From Patellaria atrata CBS 101060 (lineage: Eukaryota): 59,713 nt of DNA. Made by a program: the position numbers and the translations under genes. Each line of letters starts with the position of its first letter. Position 1 is the stretch's first letter. The notes under the pieces are model-generated. The model saw nothing but the letters and a program-made list of their open reading frames with translations, was not told where the DNA came from and searched no databases. Where the stretch lies: contig MU006110.1 in assembly GCA_010093705.1 (NCBI GenBank), forward strand, positions 204,377-264,089, in the 5' to 3' direction. Below are positions 12,781 through 25,266 of this stretch, one piece after another.

Positions 12781-13330
12781 AAGCCTTGGCGTAAATATAA
12801 ATACCTAGCTTGCCGCTTACGCTTTATCTTTTTCTTTTCGAACTTCAGAGGGAGAAGAATAACGGTACTTTCACCGGGGAGGGGACATAGAGTGGTGAAA
12901 GACACACCAAATGATGATTTAATGATTAGCTTAGCTGCAGGTTTTAAATCCCCTCGGGAGTTTCAAACTGCCGAGTTAAATTGTTGTGTGAGATGTGTTG
13001 TTGCTTGACTGGTGGTCGACGTGTATATTTCAGCACTTAGGATAGATCTTTCCAAAATAAAAACCTTTTCCTATCTTGCTCCGTTTCCATGATTTAATAG
13101 CAAAAGCCTTGGTGTAAATAGTAATATCTACCGCTGACGGCCTGACTTTCTCTTTTTAGAAACCAAAGACAAGGTCCTTCACCGGGGAGGAGATAGGTGA
13201 AAGACCACACCAATGATGAATTTAAAGTTAGCTCAGCTACAGGCATGAAATCCCCTTCGGGCGTTTCAAACTGCATGTTGTTGTCTGAAGGTGTTGTTGG
13301 TGTTATAGATGATGCTGACGTTGCTTGAGA
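12781..13330. repeat. Two diverged tandem copies of a ~230-nt non-coding element with two hairpins (candidate ncRNA)
   Basis: Copy A at about 12781-13010 and copy B at about 13104-13330 share AAGCCTTGGyGTAAATA, TTCACCGGGGAGG..GGTGAAAGAC, ACACCAA(A)TGATGA, TTAGCTyAGCTrCAGG and AAATCCCC(T)TCGGGmGTTTCAAACTGC. Confidence 0.8.
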
Positions 13331-13676
13331 GCTTGTTGTGATCTACCATAACACTTCGAACAGTGATAACTTAACCTAGTTCGCAAAACTGGGAAAAGGA
13401 AGGCATAGTTGATGGGGAAACTTGTTACGGTAAAACTCAGCTACATATAAACGCAACACATCATGAACGAAATCAGATACCCTACTTTCCATTATAGTTG
13501 AAGAATCTATGCTACTCCGGTCGTAGGAATCGTAGCTACCCAATATTTAATATTGTAACTCCGGCGCCAGAAATGTTGAATTGCTCAGCCTTTATATCAA
13601 TGAATTTATCGCTCCAAGGACGTCATGTCTCGATGAAAATTACCTAATGAAAGCAGAGATCTAACGAAGAAAGTTT

Positions 13677-15322
13677 TCAAGAACCATTCGTTCCATTAGC
13701 CCCATTCTTCTTCTGCCTCACCAACCATGTCAATAGATCAACTTTCGTTACCACTGCAACGGCCTTCATGTTATCCTTGTTATCCCGTTCCGTCACAACG
13801 GCAGCACTATTCCACTCGAAGAACCTACTGAGCGCAGATAGCGGGGTATCTCTTGTAATTTCAACGAAACCCTTTCTCTTCCCATGTTCGTCTTTCGGAC
13901 CTCTTAATGCCTCCATAGGATCCGAGACGGTTTGTGGGAGCACAGTGAAATCGAACATCACATCCGACACTGGAGACGTAGGCTCTGCACGTCCAGATGA
14001 TATGTATGAAAGCAAATTTCCTAAAGTAACGAGACCAACTAAGCGATTCCCATTTGGGGAGGAGACTGGAAGCTGGTCGAATCCTTTGTCGCGCATGGTT
14101 TCAATGGCCTCGGCACACTGGGATTCGGACGAGATACTGGTTACGGGTTTTAGACGGAGACTAGCAATGATAGCGTTGTCGTAAGGATCTGATGTAACTT
14201 TTGAATTACGGCGTTTGGGTGCATCTGAAACTTCAGGGGTAAGGGGTGGTGTATCTGGGAGCAGATCGTTTGCGGCAAGCCAGTCATCATCGACGAACTA
14301 GTGGATGTCAGTATATGACATTCTCAAAACGTTCAAACATGATGTTTTACCTTGCTCAAGTAGCTTCGTATGCTGTCTGGAAGCACCACAACTACAACAT
14401 CCTCCTTCCCTAAACCGAGATCTTTCACGGCGTGCACCATAGCGGCAACAGCACTACCACTGCTCCCACCACATAATATACCCTCTTCACAGATGAGTCT
14501 CCGCGCATACATGAAGCTTTCTCGGTCATCTGTCTTATACCATTTATCCACGACTTTCTGGTCCAGCACGTCCGGAATGAAGTCATATCCGATTCCCTCG
14601 ACTTTATAGGGACTATTGAGAAACTCGTCGTTCAGCTGGCTTGGTAAGGCCAGAATGCTTCCTTGAGGATCTGCAGCAATTATCTTGACGTCGTCCTTCT
14701 TCTTCCTCAAACCCTTAGCAATGCCAGTAATTGTACCTCCAGTTCCTGCCCCAGCGATCAATGCTGTCACCTTTCCTTCCGTCTGTCGCCAGATCTCTTC
14801 TGCAGTGCCATACTCATGCGCTTCGGGATTATCCTTATTAGAATACTGATCGAGGATGTGTGCGTTAGGGAGCTCTTTCTGTAACCGTCTCGCAACTCCG
14901 ATGTGCGATTCGGGGGAGTCAAAAGCGGCAGCAGTAGGTGTACGAATAATCTCAGCGTTGAGGGCTCTCAGTACGGCAACTTTTTCGGCGGACATCTTCT
15001 CTGGAAGTGTAATAATAGTCTTATATCCTCGTACAGCTGCCACAAGAGCTAAACCTATGCCTGTATTGCCACTCGTAGGCTCGATCAATGTGTCCCCTGG
15101 CTTTATCCGTCCCGACTTTTCCGCCTCTTCGATCATACGTAATGCTATACGATCCTTTACACTCCCACCAGCGTTGAACATCTCCAGTTTCGCATATACT
15201 GTTGCTTCTATTCCGAGAGATTGTGGGATTTTGTTGAGTCGGACCATCGGCGTATTGCCGATTTGTTCGAGGATCGTATCCATCTTTACCGGTGGAATAG
15301 CCGGTTTGGTTATTGATGACAT
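13677..15322 (-). CDS. CYS4: Cystathionine beta-synthase
   Basis: PLP-lysine motif [24 protein letters not shown] and EGIGYDF, plus C-terminal CBS domains. Intron 14298-14350. Start taken at the first in-frame ATG (MSSITKP); an upstream exon is not excluded. Confidence 0.95.
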
Positions 15323-18300
15323 TGATGCGGTAGGAAGAGGAGCCAAAGGTTAGAAAGTTGCGAGTAAGAAAGAATTCCGACTATTCAGACTCTAAGTTGA
15401 GAATCAAAAATGTTACAATTTAGATATGAAAGAAGGTCATTGTTACTAAGCCGCTGCTACCCGCGCTAATGACGCAGAAATTCGACCTTTGACCTTTAGC
15501 ATCAGACAAGGGAGCTGTTGAGAAGGCATTACGATCTATACATTATCCAAGTACGTAGAGTATAGGGGAGAAATTACATTCATAACAATAAGATCAGATC
15601 CTTACCGTTTCGGCCCCTGAAAGGTCTCTTAATGCCTATACTGCACATTCAATGATATAAAGCATATGCAAGATCACTGCAGACATTTCAAAGATAACTA
15701 AGCAGGATTGGTCGTATTTGGGTATAAGAAGATTTATCGTATCCTGCACAACAGACCGAGAATCTATACCACATGCATACGACCTCTAGCATAGCGAAAA
15801 GCTTCACGCCTACTCTATACAAAGAAAAGCCTGTAGAACTATTGTTCAAGACGTCTCCCTTATTGCACTAAACAAAAGATCAGTCCAAATCATCTCCCCC
15901 ATTCAGAGAATACTAGGCCTGATATTCACTTCGACAACGACCTTTATTACCCCTAGCTACGCTTATTACGACTGCACCGCAGGTTTATATCTGTAAGAAG
16001 GTCCAAGGGTACAGAATCCTGCAAGAGACCGCGGTAGTTGAGAGTTAGCACAGTGCCACTAACTGTATATTAAGTGTACTATGAACGAAGAGTACTAACC
16101 GCGGAATGATAGTAAGCCACGGTCGTCGACACTGAATTCAACCGAGAAGATTTAAGGGGTTTCTGGACTAACAATTCAGTTCCGAGGGTTATAATACTAC
16201 GTGAGTTGATGATCATTGCAGCATGGTGGTAGCATTGAAATGGGTGATGTTGTTGCTGATTATGTTTCCGCATCCGTTACGTTTCTCAACAGTAGACATT
16301 GTTTGTGTGCTCCAACGTCGTCTTTCTAATGAAGGGAGTTCATTTTCACCTTAGAACGTATCACGACCATCCTTGGAACCTAACAGAAGCTGTTGATGTT
16401 CACTCCTCCGAACCTATTTTCAATCTCTCCTAAGACTCTTCTAGTACAAACAACATTCCTGAACACAACTGGACAAGGAAATGGCGTATGCAATTTAATG
16501 TCTTTTATGGGCAAGCCAACACTCCAACTCGGATACTGGTAGAAAAACGCTTTGCCTAAGTGTGCAGAAGCACCGTAGAAAGCTTAGTATCGATTTTGAA
16601 GACGTAGTTTAAGCAAGAAGACAAACCTCTTGCCTTCGGGAACAAGCAAAGAATCAATCTTCCATTGAGTTCAGAATCGAAAGAGACGGACATAGCGCGG
16701 AGGGTTGGAAATCAGGAGAGCTCTAATTTTCAAAATTTGAAGGAAATTACACATCTACATGTCATTACCTATAGAAGAGTTTACGGACATATTTCCGAAA
16801 GCATTCGAAATAAGGATGATATCTTGATTAAATCGCAATAATCGAGATTACCCAAAGCAAGAAAGGGGTCTCAGCGCCTTTCTATTTGTCGCCCCATAGC
16901 GATGCAGTCACGATCTTTAGGAAAAGGGCCGACAAGACCCGCGTAGAACACCGGGGAATAGAGCCTCATATCGGATCGGGTCAGTTCTAGTGGATTTTTT
17001 GAAGCTTCTACCGCTTCTTCTTGCATTATCTCTTGCGCTCATGCTCAGAAATCTGCATATGTTCTCAATCTTTTCTCCGAGATCTGCAAAAGCTAAAGGG
17101 CCGAACATGTTACATGCGGCATGCATCGGGTCAATGTTTGTGATGCCATGAGAAATTTTTACTATTCATTAAGATAAGACCAAAAGACGGTATTGATTGT
17201 CATTTCTCATATTCCACCCTTTCTCCTGAGACGCCGAGAGACTGTACAGATGATTATATCCGTTCTAGCAGATGGAAGAGTCTCCTAGTTAGCACTAAAC
17301 GAAAGTTCCCCCACCTCCCCTTTTTTTTCACCGTGACTCGCTATATTTAGGCATCAACGCTTGATGCATTCATGTTATCTTTAGCTATATCCAGAATAGA
17401 AGATGGATAGCCATGGACTCAGGCACAATGCGAGTTTGATTTGATGTCCAACAGGTGGATGATACTTTAGGTTGTCCTAGGAATACTGCAGCGGAAATAA
17501 CCTACACGGATACGGGACGGGTCTTCTCTACAACTACTCTTGAAACTCAGAGTATCGCCGCGTTTTCTGTAAACATCTTCACCCGAGTTACCGCGAGAGT
17601 CTCTGCAATAGCAAGGAAAATTCTTTGAGAGTGTGCTAAGACGCCGAGCTGTGCTGTCATAGTCTTGCAGATGGCCTAAAGAAATGCTCGCTTATGTCAC
17701 GAGGTAGCTGTATGGTCCTTAGCATTGCCTATTCTAGTAATTCGAGATGTTGGTCGGATGAGTAGAGAGCCTCAATCCCTAGAACCTCACATGAATTAGC
17801 AACCACGCCCCAGGTAAAAGAATTCGGGCTACTTTTCCGATCTTGCTGGGAATCCTAGGTTTATATTCCTGGTGTTGCTATTCTTGCTACTTCTTCACCC
17901 CTACTTCCATGTTTTGAAAACGCAATTGAAGTCGGCAATGAAAGATCTTCACTAGTGTGGACCAAAAGAAATAGGGTAAAAACCTCAACGCTACTAGGAT
18001 CTGATAAGGAGATGTGGTTTCTTTAGAGACAGAACCAATTATGGTGCTTTAATGTATGCCACGAGGGTTTGAGTGTTCTTTTTATAGAGATGATCTCCAG
18101 ACGATTAGTGGGACTCACTCATAATTCTCCTTGACAGGCCTCTGTTATAGACTGTTCCGCGTCTGCAGCGTCTCTCATAAGGTAGAGGAGAGGCTCTTTT
18201 GATGGGCACATTCGTCCGAAAAGGGAGAGTTGAACAGCTCCATGCCAAGCCGGCAGAAAACCTTCATATATTTTCACCACGCTCGGACCGTACTCCCTAC

Positions 18301-19073
18301 CCGGAAAAGAACCTTTCAGCGACCTCTTAACGTCCACCTAGCCGTTAACCCAGCCATTTTATACAAGCTTAAGGGCTTTCTAACCGTTAACATGACATTA
18401 AATGCCCGAGTGTCGCTCGCAAAGCTTCCACGCCTTCAATCTAATCGCAATCTACTATACCTGGTGGTCGGGCATGGTCTACTCGTTCCCGTCCCCCGCG
18501 TTTATGCCACGATGCCTTGGAGTTTAAATTGAAATTAACACTATTTTTGGGGGAACTTGATTTTAGGAAGATCTGGAAGGGCTTTTTCACTTCGGATGAG
18601 ACTGGAATACGATGTGAATATGCGTCCTGGCCGATCTGGGCTACCCAAGGGGGGTGATAAATCCCCATCGTTGCCGTCCCTTGCAGCAAAATGTGACAGT
18701 CGAACCTAATTACCTGAGAAGCCGACGGACATCACACGACTAAGGCAAACAAAAGCTTCGATCTGTTCCCGGTGCTAGGTCAATCCTTCTCTAGACGGTT
18801 TGAAAGTGGCGGCTATCGTAGGAAAACAGTGTTCAATCTAGAAGTATAAAGGAACCGTCCTTTCCCGTCCTCCTCCGTGGTCACTATCCAGAGATATCAT
18901 CTAATTCGGAAAGACAACGGAGCAACTTCTACTTCGCACCTACTCAACTATCACGAGACGTAACAGTCACCACACATATAAGCAATCGTTCAGACCAGCT
19001 TCCATCCGTCTTCATCACATCCTTCCTGTACTTCCTACTACATATCAATCAACTACTCCAACCAAACTTCAAC

Positions 19074-19620
19074 ATGCGCTCCGTCATTGCACTCATTAGC
19101 CTCATCTCTTTCACAATGGCTGCGGCCGTTCCCGCACCAGCACCTCAAGCTGTCAGTGGTTGTGACTGCGAGCCCATGATCTGTGTCCAGTCCTGGCCAG
19201 ACGTACGTACATCTAAACCTCGTCTACTTTATCAAGAGATATCCTGTGTCATTTAGTATTGTGGCTAACAGTCATTAGTCCTGCTTCTGCGGTAATCTCA
19301 ATTTGGTTAATTGCTTCAACAAGTGCGGTGGCAGTCAGCCATTCTTGCAGGTACGCTCAATCTTCCTAAATTTTTGCTTGGTGTCCGCTCTCTATTTCAT
19401 GCTATCATCTCTTTGGCCGTATACTCCCCCTAGTGTCTGACGACTTTTCGAATACATTGTCTGTGTTACCTATATCCCTTATTTGGGGACTTTCTTTGAT
19501 ATCGTCGCCTTTGCTCGAGTCCTTTACATTTTGCCTATACTTCTCACTCCTTGAAACGAACATCTATCTGACTTCATACAGCTCTGCATCGACTCAAGTG
19601 AAACTACCTGGAGCAAGTAA
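19074..19620 (+). CDS. Small secreted cysteine-rich protein (79 aa, 8 Cys), effector-like
   Basis: Exons 19074-19202, 19279-19350 and 19582-19620 with GTACGT/GTACGC donors and CTAAC/CTGAC branch sites give MRSVIALISLISFTMAAAVPAPAPQAVSGCDCEPMICVQSWPDSCFCGNLNLVNCFNKCGGSQPFLQLCIDSSETTWSK*. TATAAA near 18845 and a CA-rich leader. Confidence 0.85.
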
Positions 19621-20340
19621 TCGAAGCATCAATCGCTTAGTATACAGATCCAGCTATTCTTGGACGTAACTTCAAAATGGGGATCCAGGCTTTCGGGAGG
19701 CGTCGGCATGGAATTCAAGGTTGATTTCGACGGCGCCGTGGAGTATCAATCATGTCTGCATTATTTTGGAATCTTTAGACTCGTGGTGGAAAGGTGTTGC
19801 CACCGATTAGAGTGAACCTTCAAATTCAATTCTACATTCTCCTACCATTTTGTCTCTCGATCATGTGAAGAAAGAACTGCTATATGACCTCACACCGAGA
19901 TCAGTCTGGAATGCAGCCTCTCACGTCTAAATCGGCAGCTTTGATTAAGAGTCCAATTAAAAAGTTCATATATCGGCGAGCCTTTTTTATTAAACTTGGC
20001 ATTAGTGCACGGCTAAAACGGTGCTCGTCGATGATCATGAACAAGCGATGTGCTCGGATGTCCCGAGAATATAGCTTATGGACTATTGAATTATTATAAA
20101 CCTTTCTCGCTTCCATCAGAGTGCTGCTTGTATCTACTTTATTGTGCAGATTCGCGTGGTGAAGATGTCTCGTTTTCAGGTTACTGGGTCATGGGATTGG
20201 AGTAAATCGGCACTTGCCGTATATATAACTGGGCTATATAAAATATTCAGATTCAGGCATTTGAACCTACCTTAGTCGTGGACTAGTGCAGTTCACAATG
20301 TCAACCTTACTTCATTGGATACTACAGCCCGTATAGATGC

Positions 20341-21579
20341 TCAATTCTCAAATTGCATCCCATTCTCCTTCCTCACCGCACCGTAAATGCCCGCAATGTC
20401 TCCTCTCTCCCCCATCTCCTCCACCACATCTCCCAAATGCTTATCCGCGACCTCCACTGCACTCATCTTCACTCCCACCTTCGCAGCGAGATTAGTCGCA
20501 TGTCCGATATCCTTACGAGCTAGCCTCGCCACGAACAGTGGGTTCTCCCGCTTGTGGTAGTCGCCGCTCATCATGCGGCTGCTGTAAGCGGTGTACGGCC
20601 CGGGAAACATCTGTTCGATGAACCCGTGTAGGTTTTCGGAGCCGAGACCGGACTTTTCGGCGAGCACATGGCCTTCGGCGAGCGTTTCGACCATATTGAA
20701 GATGAAGGTGTTGCCGATTATTTTCAGGTGCGTAGCGCGGCTTGGGGGTTGGTCGGAGAAGTCGATGTTCGCACGGCCCATCACGCCAACTGTATAGGGT
20801 TTGACTTTCTCGACGGCGGAGGAGGGACCTGCGAGGACGAAGACGAGTTGGCCTGAGTCTGCCATTGGGGGTGCGCCGAAGACTGTAGAAGAGTCAGTGG
20901 ACCCGAAAGATGCAATGTATGGTGAGAAGGCCGTACCAGGAGCTGCGACGAACTCTCCACCCTTCTCAGTCCATTTCTCTGACAGAGCCTCTGTGGTGTC
21001 TGGGTGTACCGTCGAGCAATCGACGAACAATTTTCCCTTTACATCTCCTCTTAAAGCGGTATCAACAGTCTCTGTAATAGCCGCATCATCACCCAAACAT
21101 GAGAATATGATATCGGAGGATGAGACAGCCTCCTCGATGCTAGATGCTACTTTCGTCTTATCAGTCCCAAGTTGCTGTGATAGGCTTTCAGCCCGGCTGG
21201 TTGTGCGGTTGAATATGACCAGGTGGCTAGTGAGCTCAGCTTTTTGGACGAGGTTCTTGCACATTCCCTGGACTTTAGATCAGTTGCTATCCAAAATAGC
21301 CTTTATGTGCATTCTGCATGATGATGCCCCTGATTCGGGAGCCGTAAAGGTGGTAATTGTATAGTACCACCTAAGACCGAGTCCCTTCTCTCTGAATCCG
21401 CTCTGTATGCATCTCTTGATAGCTAGAATGCAATCTGATTACAAGAAGGGGAGAACTGATACAGCAGAAAAGGATTGTAAACATAGGGTTAAGGGTACTG
21501 ATGCATCTATGAACTAAAAGTGTAGGTAACTGACTCGTCCCATATTGCCAAGACCAATCCAGGCTAATCGCGGCGCCAT
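20341..21579 (-). CDS. 3-hydroxyisobutyrate/6-phosphogluconate dehydrogenase-like NAD(P)-binding protein (beta-hydroxyacid dehydrogenase family)
   Basis: MAPRLAWIGLGNMG Rossmann motif, intron 21268-21534, then FNRT, DCSTVHP, an in-frame intron at about 20883-20936 before VFGAPP, and the catalytic KIIGN. Confidence 0.9.
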
Positions 21580-21768
21580 GACGATCTTCTAGGTGGGCTG
21601 TCGAGTATGGAATCAAGTTATCTCGAAGATATGTGGTTATAGAAAGGGGGAAGGAGAAGTTCTATGCAACTGATTGAGGGGTTCTATGGTTAGGGGTGAT
21701 TACATTCTATATAAGCCAGAAATAGCAGTCTGATATCTGCCGATTAGAGTCTAAATAAAAGATGTGAA

Positions 21769-21872
21769 TGACGCAGCACGAGTCAAGGTGGGCGGAATGA
21801 AATGGAAGCCGATCAGAATCCATCTCGCAATGGTGAACGCACAGGTGGGAATAGTTACGGCATGAGGAGTCA
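21769..21872. promoter_or_regulatory. Putative Gcn4/CpcA (cross-pathway control) elements upstream of ARG2
   Basis: TGACGCA at 21769 and GAGTCA (reverse complement TGACTC) at 21780 and 21867, within about 240 nt of the ATG of an arginine-biosynthesis gene. Confidence 0.4.
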
Positions 21873-22007
21873 CCGCTAGGTCTACCTACTTCAACTACAG
21901 ACCCGACCAATATGTGATGCAGCAATACCTTCAATTGCACTCTCTTTTCTTCTTTTTCTACTTTTCTGATGTCTGGGTCTGGGTAATCGCGCGTAGGTTT
22001 ATTCTTA

Positions 22008-24208
22008 ATGTTTCAACGACTGACGCTCTATCGGACCGCAAAGGCTGGTCCTGTCATAGTCCGTAATTCCTTAACCTTTATGATCGAGTAACACAACATC
22101 ATACAGAAATTGTGCTGACTATTACGGTTATACAGCTTCATAACTCCCTCTGTCTCCTTAATTCCTCCCAGACCCGACAGCTATGGATTCAATCCACCAG
22201 AATTGTGCAAGATCGCGCGCCTGGCAGCCAGCACCCTACTCCACTACAGAAGGCAACTGGTGACAAGAAGGAGACATCTGATCGCGACTTTGTGCATGCC
22301 ATTCTGTCAGCATCTCTTACAAAGCGTGATGTGAAAGGATATATGTCCCGTTTCAAAAATGCTCCTGCTGGTAAAAAGCATAAGGAACATAAAGATCCCG
22401 CACTCAGAGTTGCTCCAATTGTGAACCTGGGTGATCTATACGGCCCAGCGAAAGCAATTGCAGAAAGTCCGAAATACATTCCTCATCCAGATCCTGATCT
22501 AGAACCTCCCGATCCCGATTTCGAACCCTTACACTTAGCTTTGGTCAAGATACGAGCACCCCAGACTTTGGACGATATTACATTGGAAGGAGCAGCGTTG
22601 ACATTGAGTCAATTGGCAAGATTGGGACTCCGGAGTGTTATTGTTGTGGACTGCGATGATTGTGACGACGAATATACACCGGATGTGTCTGAGAAGTACT
22701 TCCATTCTTGGAGAAATACAACATTGGATCAAGCCAATCGCGTTGTCAGTGCTATCGACCAGTTTCACCCGGAAGGTGCAATGGTCGTAGATCACGCAAT
22801 AGAAATTCCTCCAAATATGCAGTACAATACACCTGGGTTGCAGTTAAAGGGTGGGTTGGAAATTCAAAATAGTAAGCTCGTGTCGGGTCCTCTAGACGAT
22901 GGTATGATTCCTGTCTTTGCCCCGGTTGGATATACCAGTACTGGAGCAGCCAAGAGGGTATATCCCGACGATATCATGTTGGCCTTGGTGAGAGAATTTG
23001 TTGGTATAACGACAAAGGTGCAACAAGAAAAGACAGAAGAGCAGATAAAAGAGCTACTCGGAAATCCGGGCGCTTTTGGAGAGGAAACCCTCATCGATCG
23101 CATTATCGTACTCGATCCCCTTGGTGGACTTCCATCCCTTGATCGAACGGACAAAGCACATATATTTGTCAATCTTGAACAAGAGTACGGAGAGGTGAGG
23201 GAGCAACTTAGTAAACTCCCGCTCCACGACTCGACGATACCTGATCCATCCTCCCGAGCAAACAGGTATGTCAAGAACCTGGACGTCGCGCAGCGAGCCC
23301 TTGCTTTATTGCCTGCATCCTCATCAGCTCTTCTTACTACTCCGTCGGAAGCCGCAATATCTGCCCATGCACCATCGCTAGTCGACCCCAATGATGAACC
23401 GGGTGTGGGTACTAGACGTCAAAAGAATCCTCTTATCCATAATCTACTTACCGACAAACCCATGTTCTCATCATCCCTGCCTTCTTCACGTCTCCCACTC
23501 CCAACACCTCCACCAAACTCTCCTTTACTGGATGTATCCACACCTGCCACCTTCCTTAAAAAAGGTATACCCTTGAGAATCATCCCAGACCCACGTAAAG
23601 AGCCATGGAAAGCACCTGGCCCGAATGGCACATCACTGGATCTGCTAAACGATCGGCGATTCGATTTCGAACGTCTAAAATACCTAATGGAAGACTCCTT
23701 CGGCCGTCCACTTGACGTAGATCACTATGTCAATCGTGTCAAGGGCAGAGTAGCTGGTGTTATTATCGCTGGGGACTACGAGGGCGGTGCAATCCTAACC
23801 TGGGAAGACCCGGACGAATCCGCCGCCTCCGCAAAACCCCCACGAGGTCCCGTTCCCTACCTCGACAAATTCGCCGTCCTCTCGCGGAGTCAAGGAGGCG
23901 GTGTTGCAGACATCGTTTTCAGAGCCATGGTCCACCAGTGCTTTCCCAAGGGGGTGGTATGGAGATCAAGACAGAACAATCCGGTGAACAAGTGGTATTT
24001 CGAACGGGCGGCGGGAACGTGGAAGATGCCGGGAGACAAGTGGACGGTTTTCTGGACGACGGAAGGTGTTATTCCCGGGGAGGTGGATGAGGATGCGGAG
24101 GGTGAGTGGACGATGGAGGACGAGAGGAAGGCAGGTCTATGGGAGGATTATGTTGCGTGTTGTGCGAGGGTGGTGCCGAGTTGGGCGGATCACAAACCGC
24201 CGGACTGA
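22008..24208 (+). CDS. ARG2: Mitochondrial amino-acid acetyltransferase (N-acetylglutamate synthase)
   Basis: Presequence-like exon 1 (MFQRLTLYRTAKAG), short intron ending ...ATACAG at about 22135. Kinase-like domain (LALVKIR, IVLDPLGGLPS, HIFVNLEQEY, LIHNLLTDKP) and C-terminal NAT/DUF619 domain (PYLDKFAV, WRSR..NPVNKWYFER). Symbol follows yeast usage. Confidence 0.93.
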
Positions 24209-25266
24209 TATTAGAAATTGGATACGAAGGGTGATTCTACTGGTGTCCATGGAGTACTCTTGAGGTTTAGGGTGAGTGCACTCTGGGCGGGATATCTGGA
24301 CATAGAGAAACCACATGCTGTTCCAGCTGCGCCGCAATGGCTTGTTGAGGCCAGTGATTCTCAACGATTGGGAGTAGATAGCATGAAGCGGCACAGTACC
24401 GTATTTTGTTCTAGTATAGAGGCAATCGAGTCACGCATTTGACGCGCCACTTTTAGTTGCTTCTTTGTACGGGGAGTGCCGGAGCGGAGCTATGGGAAAG
24501 GGTGTCCTATCTTAGTGGTGTCGGTGGAAGTAGCTGCCCCTGACAACAATGAACAATGGAACGTTAAAGGATAATCATGAAGCTGATTCGGGTAGATTCT
24601 AGGTAGGGCAAATGATTACGGGACAAGACATACAAGAATCATAAGATTTCTCTCAATTGCTTGTCTGATCTTGCCAAGGGGCCTCCAAGAGGACCGAAGT
24701 GGAAACAAGCAAAATGACGCTCGGAAGGGCCATATATCAAGGGACGGAAGATGTTGGAAAAGCTTCAGTTGTCTCAAACAAATATATTTCAGAAATGAAA
24801 CTCCCATCACTACAGTTCGTGATCATACGTAACTAATCATACTGATGATTAAAATCCTCCGAGACTTGGTGAAGTTTACCGCAATCTAAGCTATGACTTC
24901 CCCCGTCATCGCGTCCACGTCGCAGGCGCTTGGACAAATCTCATAATTCCTGCTTTCGTGCTTCAAACAAATACAGCCTCTGTCCAATGAACTCACCACG
25001 CTTCTTTTCTCCCCATATTCTCCCCGTATTATTCCCTCCTCCTAATCTTTGGTCCTCAACCCTATGCCTTCATTATATATTCAGAATCGAACTTCCTAAT
25101 TGAATAGACAGACAACCTTTGGACCTGGTTTTGAGGTTGTTCTATCACAGCTCACTGCATAGAGCGTCAATCTCCTGACCTGCCAGCACACTCATTGCGA
25201 TACCCGCGATCGAATTCTCACGACTGAGGGAGCCTGCACCAAACCTTCTATATAAATCTCCCTCTA

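Noticed and set aside
13094..13276. 60-aa minus-strand ORF with a CAA-rich leader, considered as a pheromone precursor or small peptide
   Set aside because: No CaaX end or Kex2 repeats, and the paralogous copy lacks the ATG and the reading frame.
12860..13290. Hammerhead ribozyme, U3/snRNA or TPP riboswitch identity for the duplicated element
   Set aside because: No CUGANGA core, no U1/U2/U4/U5/U6 or U3 signature sequences, and no TPP CUGAGA motif in a suitable context.
15500..18700. Short ORFs suggesting a decayed gene upstream of CBS
   Set aside because: No recognisable motif or consistent reading frame could be reconstructed by eye.
21308..21432. SECIS-like ATGA...AAA...TGA arrangement
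   Set aside because: Helix spacing is far too long, it is intronic or antisense, and ascomycetes are not known to use selenocysteine.
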